Source: Raillietiella orientalis
Lineage: Eukaryota
Length of the DNA: 64,000 nt
Assembly (NCBI GenBank): GCA_036172245.1
Contig: JAYWIR010000009.1
Span: 3,596,001 to 3,660,000 of the forward strand
Direction: 5' to 3'
This document shows, in pieces, positions 24,326 to 36,749 of this stretch. The position numbers and the translations under genes were made by a program. The notes under the pieces are model-generated. The model ran no database searches. It saw only the letters and a list, made by a program, of their open reading frames with translations, and was not told where the DNA came from. Within the stretch, counting starts at the first letter, position 1, and the number at the start of each line of letters is the position of its first letter.

Positions 24326-25720
24326 AGTCCGGCCTTGCAGAGAAACGCAGCGAGGCTTGAGGCGGGCTGGTTTAAAGTGACTCGCCCGCATGTTGTTACA
24401 AAGTCAGAAGCCGAAATGATTTGCAAATGGTTAAAGGGAGCAGCGTGTCCCATTTCTTTCGAATACCCAACCTCTCCTTCGAATCTTCCTGATGTTGCAG
24501 ACGACGTTTGGAGAAAGGTGCGCTGGAGGAGATTTATGAAACCTGCTGACAACAGAGTTCCCCAATCGGAACGTAGGAATGTCAGTGGGGAAAATTAAAT
24601 CCCGATGGATCACAGTCGAACGGGAAATTCTCTCGAAAAGAGTGCTGCTATCCGGAGCTGTTCCTTGTTTTCGGATGCGGGTTTCACACAATGAGCCATC
24701 GTGTTTAATGGATCGCGGTAAGGATCTGTTTCAAATTGCGAAATGAATTCCGACGGAATAAATTTCGGGTGAATTTTTGTGGCACGAACAGTTCCCTCTC
24801 ATTCCAATAAAATCTTCATTTGGTTAAGAATGTCATCAGTAAGGAAATGTCGGAGCCAAAATCAGACAGAGATGTAAGCTCCAAACATGCAAACGCATCC
24901 AGCTCGTGAGGACCGAAAGGAAACGACCGGATTCATCCCGCAGCATCAGTACCCTTGCAGTTTGCTGTGGTCGCTTCCTCTCGGAGAATCGACCGGAATT
25001 CACTCGGGAGAGTGCTGGTTGGCACAGGATTAAATGGTGACAGTTGAACCCGCAGAGTCGTCGTAGTCCTAATCATGTGCTCACATAATCATGTGCTCGA
25101 TAATCATCTCATTCCCTCTAGAAACTACTCGGATTCCTAGGCTCTGAAGGTTGCGTTGCTTTCACGCATTCCAAGGAAAGAAGTCGCGATGATTAATGGT
25201 TTCACTCGTGCACTGCTGGTAATTATACGATGGTCACCGCATCATAGAAGCTGCTTTCCTTTTATGGACGTGGAATTGCTTCAAAACATGTCGGTTTTCC
25301 CATTCCTCTTAGATTGATACTTTCCTCCGCATCCTCTACATGACAACAAGTTCCTTCGAAAGACGGAGCTGGTCTCATTCTGCAGCACCGATTGACCAAA
25401 AACAAGAAGCTCATAATAAGTCATTGTCCCTCTTGAAAATTTTCAAGCGAATTGTTTTTCTTCGTCTCTGGATGTAGCGGGGACGCAAAGTGAAGTACTC
25501 ATTTGCGATCCATTGTCCGAAAGATTAAGAAGCGAACGAATAAAAGCCAGCATCCTCTTTTACGTCGATGTATGGTCGTGGAGCAAAGCACAGGAAACAG
25601 GATTCGCCATATATATTTTTTGTCTGTGTGTTTTTTTTTTCCTTCTTTTTTTAAAAAAAGCTACTTTTATCTTTTTGCTATGTCAAGAGACAGTGGCTTG
25701 CGAGCCACACGGTTCGACTT

Positions 25721-25757
25721 AGCAATAAACGCCCCGGCGCACCCGGGTGAGAAGAAG
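25721..25757 (+). mobile_element. 37-bp retro-insertion consisting only of the LINE 3' hairpin terminus, with an 11-bp TSD
   Basis: CGGTTCGACTT (25710-25720) + AGCAATAAACGCCCCGGCGCACCCGGGTGAGAAGAAG + CGGTTCGACTT (25758-25768). Confidence 0.85.
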
Positions 25758-26689
25758 CGGTTCGACTTTTAGCTTTTGATACTTCGTTTGTTGTGATTCC
25801 CTCGGTTCAGATCTAAATTAGATCTAATTTTAGAATGGCTGAGTGCAAATCGATAACAACGGGTGGCGACTGTAAGTTCCAGTGAAATCATCGTATCCAA
25901 AGATGATTTGTCCCGAGCACACGCGTTTCATCCTTTCCACGAATACGGCAGCGCCCTGAGGAAGACTTCTTGCTCGAGTCCACTGCAAGAGAATGCTCAG
26001 GTCCACCGCGGGCGCCCACCAAGCTTTGCATTCCGTCTTGAAGGGAGGTGTGGGGCTGTTCTCGAGGAAGATCCCCCCAGCCGCCAGTGAAAGTCCCCGC
26101 CATTGTCTTGAGAAAATCGCGGGGGTTCCCCCCTCCCGGACGCGGCATCAGCTGCACGCGACCCACCTTCGCTCCCGACTTCCTCTTCTTCGACGCGGAG
26201 ATCGCAAGGGCGTGCCGAGCGGAGCGGCGCGCCCACACCTGCAAGGACCGCACGCATCCCCTCGCCCGGGACTGACCATTCGAAATGGAAAAAGAGAATT
26301 TCGAGAATGTTCGGATATATACGCAAGGAGATTAGAGGGAGTCTTTTTTTTTTTATTTTTTTACTCCCTTCCCCCTCCTCCTGCCCCATTCCCTCAGCCC
26401 TGTCCCATCGATTGTTGGCCCCACCCGCGAATTCGAAACTTGTTCGACCGGAGAATCTGGTCGCCTGCCGCCGAGGTCGGATGGCGCTTCCCCCGCCCCT
26501 CGAGCGCAATAAGACGCGCAAGCGAAACAAAGCAAAACTCGCATGGAAACAGTGGAAGCAGCGAACGTGGACGATGTAATGACTTTTATGTAATGGAAGT
26601 ATGAATGAAATGAACGAATAAAAGTGCAAGTGACACGCTGAAATGGGAACTTGAAGAGAAAAAGCTCCCGGCATGTGCCGTTCCGAAAC

Positions 26690-27830
26690 AATATCGACCA
26701 GACCTCTCCGGGGACGGAAGTAGGGAGGAGAAGAGGGAGGGTCAATAAATAAATAGGGGGGTGCGATGGACCAGTCCCACGATAATGAACATGATCCCCG
26801 AGGGTCTGACAGAAAAAGGGAGGGAGGATGCGGACCTCCCAACGATTTCTCATGCTGCCCTTGCGCAGGGACCGTGCTGGTCTTCTCGGCAACACCGCTC
26901 CGGTCTCCAGGGTGACCGTCGCCTTCGTCGGGACAGAGTCGAAGGCTGACGGAAGAACAACGCGACAGCCTCGGACGGAACGTGCGCCTGGAGCGAACCG
27001 GTGCGCTTGAAGTGCACCGACGGCACCACCGCCTGGCGGAAGCCATTCAAATGAAAGTCGGGCGCCTCGCACGAACCCGCATCTCGAAGGACGGGAAGGG
27101 ATGGGTGGGCCCATCGGTCGGGAGAGCCAGCGGCAGACACACCACGCGTCGGCCCTCTCGTTTACTTAGAATAAATAAACGAAGTGTTTACGATGAGGAA
27201 GGGGTCGACCCGAAAGGAAAAGGGAGATGGGAGTAAGCCGGCCTCCCGGTGATGAAAACGGTCCTCGAGGACCTGAGCAGGGGAGGGTGTGGGCTATGGT
27301 TGGTTGGTTGAGGGGTGGAGTCTTTTCCCTGTGCGGGAGCAGAGACGCCGGCCCGGCAGAGCGCCCATCTCGCAGCCGCCGCAACCCGCAGGCCGACGTC
27401 TTCGGAGCAGAGGTCAAAGAGGAAGCGACCCTCCGCTCCGGGAGCGCCGAGGGAGCGCGCCGCGGCAGACTCCGGCGCCACCGACTCCCGCGGTCGCATC
27501 TCCGGAAGGCAGAGGAGGAAACCTTCCGATTCCTGGTTCCCGGACGCAGACCGGCGAAGACCTCTGGGACCTCCTCGCCGCCTGCAGGAAGCGAGCTCCG
27601 CGCCTCGACCGCGGCGGATTCGCGCTTCGATTCCCCCCTCCCCTTCCCTTCCCCGTCTCGGAGCTGGGCACGGGATCGATCTCCTTCCGGGACACATCCG
27701 TTTTCCGCAGGGGGGCCGCTCGCAGGATCCGTTCTTCCACGACCGGTGCGGGCGAAGCAGCGTGACGGGACGGAGAGGGAGGGAGGGAGGAAGAGAGGAA
27801 GAGGCAAGAGTGCCATTCCATCGACCGGGA
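26690..27830 (-). mobile_element. Two stacked, decayed L1/Tx1-like 3' ends
   Basis: Each has a decayed zinc-finger/C-terminal segment (RFLFDLCSEDVGLRVAAAARWALCR at ~27340-27430; EAPDFHL...HFKRTG..VALFFRQP at ~26945-27070) followed by a pyrimidine/TTTATTTATT UTR. Confidence 0.4.
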
Positions 27831-29009
27831 GGACGACGGTTCCTCATCCCCACAACAGTCAGGGTTTACCTCGAGATGGGAAGGGAAGAGGAAAATGATG
27901 TTCCAGGACGTTCCCGGTTCCCGTGTTTCAGGCGGACTCGATGAACCGAAGCGAACGATCCTTCCCCGTCGAGGGACGGAGAGGGAGGGAGGATGCGGAC
28001 GACCAAGCGCGATCCCGCCGGCGAAGCGGCGGAGGCCACGGGAACGCCCGCCGCGATGGGGCGGCGCAGACGCGTCTGCGCGGCTCCTCAGGGAGACGGC
28101 TGGAGCGAAGACCAGGGCCTCCAGGGCGGCGACGAAGGATGGGCAAAAGGACGCCCGCTTCCAGGCCGCCCACTCCTCCTCCTCTCCGAGGACACCGCGG
28201 CTTCTGGGAAAGGACCTCCTCGGGTCGCCCCTCAGATAGGATCCCTCCCTTCTCTTCCGGAGCCCCTGGAGTGCCCCGTGTTGCGGGTTGGCGCAAGTCA
28301 GGAATGGCACACCAGCAGCAGCAGGAGATCCCGGAAAGAGAGTGTCCTTCAAAGGAGGGGGGGAGCTCTTCATGGATTCGCGAAGTTCTCGGTAGGAGCA
28401 AAAACATTCCAGAAAAGCAGCCGAGACTCCGCCCGGCGGCAACAGCCGCAGCCACATGGAGGGTCGGCGAAGCAGAGGCCCCACACCACTCGCGAGTGGG
28501 CGCAACGAAGGCGCTGGACCTTCAGCGGGGGGCGCCAGGAAACACACCGGACGAACGGAACGGGAGAAACCCACGGGGTCGGACGCGCCCTCGATTGCGC
28601 GAGTCCTGTCCGAAGCGCCGTAGGCGCCTTGAGGGAAGGCTCCCTCGAAGGCTCCCTCGTGGGGTCCGGACTGCCACCTCTGGGGGGGGGGGAGGCTCTG
28701 CGGTGCGCTTACGTGACACCGGAGGCGGAGAAGCCTCGGAAAGGGGGAAGGGAAGAAGGAAACGTATCCTCGGACCATGCCACGTCGGGGACGTTTCCCC
28801 GCCCTGCTCCCGTTCCTCCCGGAGGAGCATCTACCCCAACGTTCGCGAAGGCGGCGAAGGGCCCCCACGGGCGTGGTCCCGATAACTTCGGAAGCAATTC
28901 AAAGAAATAGGAGGGGTGAGGGAGTCCGGGAATGAAAGTTCTTTCCGGAGAGGAAGACTGAATCCTCGAATGAAGTGCAACTCGCACAGTCTCGCAGAGA
29001 ATTCCTGGG

Positions 29010-29135
29010 GAAGGTGAGTAAGAGGTGGGAAAGATGAAGAGGAAGAGGAGGAAGGGAGGAAGAGGAAGAGAAGGAGGAGGAGAAAGAGGAGAAAGAAAAG
29101 AAGGGAGGATGAGGAAGGGATAGGAAGTGGAGAAG
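29010..29135. repeat. Polypurine (GGA/GAA)n low-complexity tract
   Basis: Nearly pure A/G triplet-like repeats. Confidence 0.85.
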
Positions 29136-32100
29136 TGGGCGAAAGCAATTTCGCCGCCAAAGACGCTCGTTCGCGGAGGAGAAGGAAGGAGGAGCAGCGA
29201 CCCACCTCCCGCGTCCCGTTCCTCGCTTCCTGACGGAAAAGTGCTCCAGGAACGGACGAGCCCAAGAGTGTGGGAAGCTCCTCCGTGCAGCACGGAAAGT
29301 TCGGCTTCCCGCAGCACGGAAGAGGAGGAGGGGGGAAGCGAAGTGGTGTGCAGCGATTCACTTCTCTCTTTCCGGCGTCCTCGGCTTCCCTCGCCGCACG
29401 GCTGACCCGCGGGCGCCTTCGCAGTCTTTCCCGCCGAGGGGGGGGGGGGGGGGTGAGCAGCCCGGACCGCCGACGCCGCAGGGTTAATGTCGCTTGCCCC
29501 GAGGCACTGAGCCCCTCCTCCTCCTCCTCCTCCTCGAGAGCCGAAGCTACGGAGGCGGGAGGAGGGGAAGGCGACCTCTTCCGCTCGCGAGGGGGAACGG
29601 CCCAGCGACGCAGGGGAAGATCTGGAAATGCGAATCCCCGGTTGCTGCGAGACATCGGTCTTCTCGCCTAATCGCGGAAGGGTTAGGCGATCAGAGGAAG
29701 TGAAGCGGGAGGCATCCCGGCTCTACCTCCGAGCTACGAGGACCCACCAGGGTAGCGGGAAAAAAAGAGGTGGGGCGGGAGAGGAGACGACGAAGAGGAA
29801 GAAGCAGAGAGACGGAGAGCGGCTTTGCACTGAGCGGTAGCGATGTCGCGTCCGGGATGCTCCGCGGTAGAGGATGCAAAGCGTTTTTTCCCCCTCCCCT
29901 CACTCCCTCCCCCTTTTATCCTGGCCTTCTTCCTCTTGAGAGGAAGGAACGGAAGGACGAGATGGAATGCGACGGGATTGCAGGCTGCTCTCCGGGCGCT
30001 CGGCGTCCCCTCGGAGGGAGAGGGAAGGATATCGGAGGTCCCTTCAGGGGGTGAGGCCCTCTTTCAGGACCCACCCCGACAGGCTCACCCTCGAGAAAGC
30101 TCTTAGTAGCCGCTCTTGAGGCGCTCCCAGGTGCCTGCCGGTCATCGCCGGCCCGCAAGAGCGGTTCCACTTCCGGAGGGACAGCATCCGGGAAGCGGAG
30201 ATTGAAGGACCCCGTTCCACTCTGGGGTCCCCAAGGTCGCTTTTTCTGTTCGGTCGCCCCGCTGGCTCCCTCAACGGCGGCTCCCGCGGTAGCGTGCGCT
30301 TCCCGGAGCAGCAGCTCGGTGGGTTGCAGCGACAGCCGCCCTCGGGCTTTGCACTTCCGACCGGTTGCGCGCTGGTAGCGCAGCCCGGAGGCAGGGAGTT
30401 CGCCCGGCAGCAGCAGGGTCGAGGGGAGCCCAGCCTGGCATTTCGCGGCCTCGCTCGCGGGTGTCCTGGGATGACCTCTAACTCTGAAAGGTGGTCCTGG
30501 GCTACCCGGGGTCATTTATCGCTTGCCGGAGGGGAGCATGGCGGAGCCGCCTGGGCGCGTTCATGGACCTCATCTCTGCGGTGGAGGGAATGCGTTCCGG
30601 TCTCAGGTGCGGCGCCGGGGCAAGTTCACCCCGAGAGCTTCCGCTCGGCGAAGGGACGCAACCGTCACAAGCGGGAGGTTCCTGGCCGCGCTTCCCGCCG
30701 GGGAGTGCGAAGGGCGGCGGCGGAGCAGGACACGTCTAGGAGCCTTTTCGACGGGGCGCCCCCCAGCGCGCGGAAGGCCTCACTTGGCCGCAGGCTGGAT
30801 GAGGTTCCAGCGGAGGTGGTCGGTAGGCAGGACGGTCGACAAACGGAACCCCATCAGGCGGAGAGCTTCGCCGCCTTCCCCCGAGATGGCGGCACAGTGT
30901 GGCGTTTTCCTCTTCGAGAGCCTCAAGACGAACGCCGCCGCCTCGCATTCCTCAAGGCGTGGCACCCCCCCGGTGGCACCCCCCGGGGGAAGCTCGAAAC
31001 GCTCCTCACCGCTGCTGCCTCCTCCATCGCGACCGCCGGGCAGAGATGCGGGACCACTCGACTCGCCTCCTCCAGGGTAAGCGTGGGCGGCGAAATGGCT
31101 CCATCCTCAGCAAGGGATGAACGGAGGTGCCAGTCAGGAGAGTGAAAGCTGGCAGAAGAGACGGTTCCTGCCGACCGCGTCCCTCATCGCACCGCATCCC
31201 TTTCTCATCCATCGATTCCACTCGTGATCCCATACCCTCACCGCTGTGGCCTTTCCGCACAGCCGCGGTCCGAAGGTAGGTCAGCGATCCGGCTCCTCCT
31301 CAAACTGTGAGGGTCTAGCAACCAGTTTCCCACTCTGCATCGTGCTTGATGGTTCCGGAGATGAACTCCCTGGTGTGATCAGGGGAGACGGTCTGATGTC
31401 TTCTTGAAGTCGGCTACAGTTGCGTTGACTTCTTGCTCACCGAAAAGGCTGCGAAACAGAGCATCCAAGAACTGCATAATGATGGTTCGAGTCACCAGTG
31501 CCATCTTAGCCTTCCCCATCTCGCTGACGCTGGAGATCACCTCCCCCCCTCCACTGACCAAAGAACTGGGCGAAAGCATTGCAGCCGTGCGGAGAAGATT
31601 GCCAACGAGACTTTGGAGGCACAGCAGCCAGAGCTTTTGAATAGCCAGGGCAACCGCGCGATCCAAGAGCCCCGACTCCAGCTTCGGCTGGACCCCAGCG
31701 CCAAGCAGTGTCGCTTGGAGGACACTCGCCCATTCCGGTTGGGGAGGAACGGCGTCGGCAAAAAGCCCGAGCTCGTTCCCTGAGTTCTGGACGTTCGGTC
31801 AGGTCATTCCGCGGGGGTTGGCGGCGCCTCACCTGAAACAACGTGGTCGCGGAGAAACGCCGCCGTCATTTGCTCCGAGGACGGAATCGTCGAGCCGCCG
31901 CCCACTTCCGGGGGTCAGATCCCGGTAGCCAGCGAGTTCCCGTTGAGCCCCATAAGCGCAGAGAGGGCGCCCCTTCCCCCCCCCCCCCAGCTCATCCGCA
32001 GCGCGGAGCGAGGTCACGCGTACCGGGGAACCGGGAACCAGAGCCGACTCCCGGGATCGCCGGCGAGGAGGTGGGAGGGAGAAAGAGAGGGGAAGGGTCA

Positions 32101-32994
32101 GAAGATCTGATAGAAGGACGTTTCCTTCCCCCTCCCCATTCGAATCACCTTGCTTCGCCTCCCGTGAAACTCCCCCACTTTCCGACCCACTCCTCTGCCG
32201 ACAGCGGACGGCGGAGACCTGCCCCCCTTCCGGAATGCTCGGATACCGACGCTGGAGAAACAGCATGAAAGATTCATGCGCGCTTCCCATCAAGCGCTCG
32301 CTGCCACCCGTACCCTTGGAAATGGCGCCTGTGAAATAACGTATAGTTCCACTGAGGGATCGCTCTTGCCTGCCAGAGCCTCTTTAACGCGAGATAAAGC
32401 GGAGAACCTCCGAGGAAGCTGAGCTGCCGATCTCGTGTTGCCGATGAAAAATGATCCCAAAACCCGAGAGCGGTGCTGATCTTTTGTCTGGGAGTCTGGA
32501 GAGCCCTCCCTCCTTGACGCTCCTGAAACGGTAGGGAAGAGGGCAAAAAAAACCGAGCTGACGATGAACGGGAAGCATCCGCCGGGCTTCCGTCGGTCCT
32601 TCGCGGGATATCCTGACGAAAACGCGGGAGTGGAGGAGAACGCAGCAGGGAAGACACTGGCCTAATGAAGCCTTGAAGACCGGGCAGGAGCCGTCGCGAT
32701 TTCCCCCTACCGTGGAAGGGAAGCGCTCCCTACAACAGCGGGGAGGAAGAGGAACTTCATCCTCACCGTTTCAGGGGGAAGAGGAACTTTACCCTCATCG
32801 TTCCAGGAGGAACCGGAAGGGAACTCCGAAGGAGGCGCGCTGCCATCTCGCAAGCCCTGCAGGCTGACGGTGACGCGAGGGAGGATCACCTGCGTGCAGT
32901 CGTCGCGCGGCAGCTCGGGCGGGACGTAGGCGACTCGCGCGAGAGCCCCGGCGAGCTCCTTCCCTAGGGGCATCAGCCCGGAAAACCCACGTAC

Positions 32995-33143
32995 CGACTT
33001 GTCTCCCAGCTTCCGGATGCTGCACCTTAAAGTCACAGTCTGGCCCACTCTTGCAGTGAGGACCGTATCTTCCATGTCACTGAAGTAAGGATGCTTTGCT
33101 GATGCTTTCGGACCGTTGTATAAGAGGTCATCTTCGTATATAT
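32995..33143 (-). CDS. dpr-family Ig-superfamily protein, exon encoding the N-terminal part of the first Ig domain
   Basis: IYEDDLLYNGPKASAKHPYFSDMEDTVLTARVGQTVTLRCSIRKLGDKS is the dpr PYF...V.A.VG....L.C....LGDK.|VSW signature. Acceptor ctctttag, donor TCG|gtacgt; 149 nt, ends in phase 0, matching the exon starting at 9685. Confidence 0.9.
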
Positions 33144-34029
33144 CTAAAGAGGGTAGAACAGCACCCTTTAGCGATATTCAGTGGATTTCGGGACGGATTC
33201 ATTCACGCCGAAGCTTGCTCATTCAGCGTTTGCACCGCACTTTCTTCCGTGGATGAAAGCAGGCGCGCGGAACAGTCCAGAAACCCTCGCCTCCGAGGTG
33301 CACAGAGATCGACTGCAAGAGCAAGATCTTTGCGCTGTCTTCGAGGCGCATCCCGTGCCTTCCTCGAAGGCAAGAGTCACCGGAGATCAGGGACGCTTAG
33401 AGTGATGGCCGACGCAAGGCAGCTGCGTCACCTATCACTCGCGTAATTTACCCGAAAGCGACGCGTCCCGATAAAACAGGAAACGAGCGGGAAAACTACA
33501 TGGGATTCGAGGAGCATCCCGGAAGATTGCGGGGTCTTCTCCTCGCTGAACCAATGCCTTACCGGTTTGCACGAGCCGTCAAAAACAGGCTTCCTTTTTT
33601 TTTTACTACCCCTTCCAATGGGCGGCCACTGTCCCTCAAGGATCACAATTAGACACCTCGAAGCCAGGTAAGTACGCAAGCTCGAAAATCCCACCGGAAA
33701 GCAAGCCAGGCGTCCACCGCTTCGAAGTCCCTGCTCCCGTCTACCGCACTCGCAGTCGTCCGGGGAAAGCTGTTGCGTCTTACGAACACGAGCTCGATGC
33801 CCTCAGGAGACACGAGTAAGCATCACCGGCCCGAAGACAAGGGAAGGGCAAGGAAAAAAAATTCCCTGGAATCTGCTGCTCTTGTTTTCGTGTCTGGAGC
33901 CAGTCTGGATTTCAAGGAAGAAGCAGCGTTGCAGTCCAGACCATGATGGCCCATCAGTACGTTTGAAGGCTGCAGAATTTGGAGAAGTGTGGATTTAGGG
34001 GAAGGAACAGTCCTGAAATTTCCAATGTT

Positions 34030-34782
34030 TTGTTTCTTTGGATGTTTGCCAAGTGCTGAAGAACCGTTCGCCTCCCTGAGGAGAGGTCACGAAGATCCCT
34101 TTGACTCTGTCCACCACACCCGAGGGTGCGTTTCACTCTCCAGGTTATAAGGGGTAACCGGGAAGGGATTACCCTATGGAATCCAGGAAGGCTCCGGAGG
34201 AAGGATTCTGTTCCTCTTACACTTGGGAGGGAATCCCAAAAGGAACCTCTTCCTTAGTCTCTCCGGAGAGGAGGCCTCCTTGTTTCTTCTCGGGAGGGAA
34301 CCGCTCCTGGTTACTCCTCTGAAGAACACCCCGAAGGGACGCTTTTAAATTTATCTGAAGGGCGCTCCCCGGAAGGAGCAGTGCGCTTCTGACACTCTGG
34401 AAAGGCAACCCTCTGAGGGGTGTATCAGCCAGCTCCATGGTATGCAATAGAGGGTCTCCCCTGAGGAAAGAGACGGTTCCATTTGCGCAACCGGAGAGGA
34501 ACCCCAAAGGGCTCCTTGGTTCCTGGAAGGACCCCAGAGGGCCGACTTCCAATCCCGGCCAGTCATCAAGGGTTTCCGGCGTCCACCCTTGCCGCATCCG
34601 AAGCCAATTTTAGTATATGTACTGCCGAAGCCAACCAAGACCAACCAGCGTCATCCTACCGTGGGGAACTCAGAGCCTACGACGCATCCATTTCTCTGGA
34701 GTCGACCCTTCCCCCAGGCGGGATTCAAACCCGCAACTCTTGGTGCCACGCGAGGAGAGACCACTGCCACACGACCGCCATT
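34030..34782 (-). mobile_element. tRNA-headed SINE-like repeat, copy C (near full length)
   Basis: Reverse complement begins GGCGGTCGTGTGGCAGTGGTCTC...GCGGGTTTGAATCCC and ends CAGCACTTGGCAAACATCCAAAGAAACAAAA. Confidence 0.8.
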
Positions 34783-35304
34783 GCGGGCTCATGGCTTCGA
34801 AGTTTTTTCGGTGTCCTACCAGTGTAAGTTCGCCAACACTTGCAAGCAAACGGTGTTTGCCGAGGGTTGTTGCTTCCCTCGCAAGCACGGGACTTTTCCC
34901 AGAGAACACCGAAGGGGAAAGCCTCGACTGGGATTCTGCTGAAAGCATGCCATTTCGCAGGAGCGACCCTGTCGGGAATGGGGAACGCTTGCGTCTTCAG
35001 GGAACTTGAGTTTCGAGAGGGCTACTTGTTCCAGGAAGCCAATGGGTTTGTCCTCGGAGAGACAATAGGGCGCAAGGAAAACTGGACAGGTGACAAGGAG
35101 ACAGAAGAAGGAAAGTGACAAGAACAAAACTTCATTTGCATACGTAAATGAAGTTTCATTCTTCGCACTGATGGAAACAGCATGCGCATCTTCGAGAGAG
35201 GACCATCAATACTTAAACTGTTGTTGATAGTGCAAGCAGGCCTGCCAGCTTCACTCTATGCGACTTTTAAAAAACCAACTCGGAAACCATGGGAACCCGT
35301 ATCG

Positions 35305-35560
35305 GAGGCCACGTGGTTGCGGTCTCGGCGCGTGGCACCAGGTGTCGGGGGTTCGGATGCTCGGAAAGAGTCGACGCCGAGAGATGGGGGTGCGTCCTGG
35401 GTTTGATTTTCTCCTACAAAATGACGCTGGTTGACCTCTGGTCATTCAGGTGAGTCACCAGTGGAGGTTCAAACCGGATGTCCCCGATGAGTGGCCGAGA
35501 TTTGAGAGTCGACCCTCCGGGGTCCTTCCAGGTTTCCAAGGAGTCTGGTTCCCTTCGAGC
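35305..35560 (+). mobile_element. tRNA-headed SINE-like repeat, copy D (5' part only)
   Basis: GTGGTTGCGGTCTCGGCGCGTGGCACC...GGGTTCGGATGC, ATGACGCTGGTTG and GGGGTCCTTCCAGG as in the other copies. Confidence 0.7.
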
Positions 35561-36749
35561 TTCCCCTCTAGTTGTGTCAACCATCAGCAAAGAACCACTT
35601 CGCCACGTACTGCTACCACGATTCGCTCTGCCGACGAAGCCAGCGTTAACATGGAAACAAGGCGTCTGTCAGCAGACAGACGCCTTGTGCAACCACAGCC
35701 GAGGAAATCGCGTTCCAAGGCGCGAACCGCACCACCGTTTTATGTATTCATTTCAGGAACTCAACTCAGCGGAGAACGGAAGAACGAAGCAGCTGGAATG
35801 GTCCGAAGCTAAAGAGGGCAGAAGAACCCTAGAAGAGCACGTCCGCCTTTCTCTCTTTGTTCCGGGGAAACGGGTTCGAGTGGCCGACGTTGCATTTTAG
35901 GACGAAGGAAAATCCCGGTGGGGACCGCAGTGCTGTCGATATTGGGTCACTGCTAAGTGGCTTCTGATGATCCTTAATCGGATCCGGATCCTTTTGATTC
36001 CACTCTCTAAAGCGACCCCAGGAAGAGGAAGCACGAACCGAGAATCCTTCCTCCCCTTCTCCCTAGGATGTTAAGGGAGGAAGGACGGGTAAACAATGCA
36101 CCTGCGATTGAGAAGCAGAGTGGATGGTGGGCGTCTGTATTCATCCTACATGTTGCAGAATGAACTCTTGACTCTGTGTGGCTGCACTTCTTGGAAGGCG
36201 GCCGTGCACTGGATGCCAGGAGAGAAGCTCAACACGCAGTGCAGCGTGACAACCCTCCTCGTGTACCGGTTGACCAGCGCACGAAAGCCTCAGACACAGC
36301 GCATGCTCACGCCGACTCACATAACGTGGAACCAACCTCGGTTTCGGGGATAAGACAACGACAACGCCGGTGGCCATCTCGTGCACGCCCAGCCACGTTG
36401 CTGTGAAACCAGCGGAATTCTGCGAGCATTTCAAGCATCCGGACACTGAATATGGATCCAAACAGGCCGCGAAACAACCTTATCAGGTTATTGGTCCATG
36501 GCTGCTAAGAGCTTTCGACCAGCCAGCGACATATCGTTCGTCGAACGTGGAACCATCTCTAGCCATTTCTTGGGGACAAGGGAGAAGGAGTTGACAAGAG
36601 AAATCATTCATAAAAAATAAACATGAAATCCAAATTTTTTTGAGAGAATCTTTCATTCCCTGCACGCTCGCTGCTTCGATCCCATCCATCTTCAATGCGG
36701 GAAGAGAAACTGTAGATTCTCTGAGCTTCCTCCTTCGGAGCTCATCCAT

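Noticed and set aside
24900..24990. Hammerhead-like GTGAGGACCGAAAGGAAAC with a nearby imperfect stem
   Set aside because: It lacks the CUGANGA core and a closed stem II, and only one copy is present.
27414..28868. Longest ORF in the track (484 aa) and other long Arg/Pro/Gly/Ser-rich ORFs
   Set aside because: They overlap in several frames in GC-rich decayed repeat sequence and have no recognisable domain; shadow ORFs.
34816..35127. Signal-peptide-like ORF as the first dpr exon
   Set aside because: It starts at TTG with no in-frame ATG, and no convincing phase-1 donor was found.
36140..36400. PHD-finger-like WFHVM.VG on the minus strand
   Set aside because: A single short motif with stop codons and no supporting cysteine pattern.
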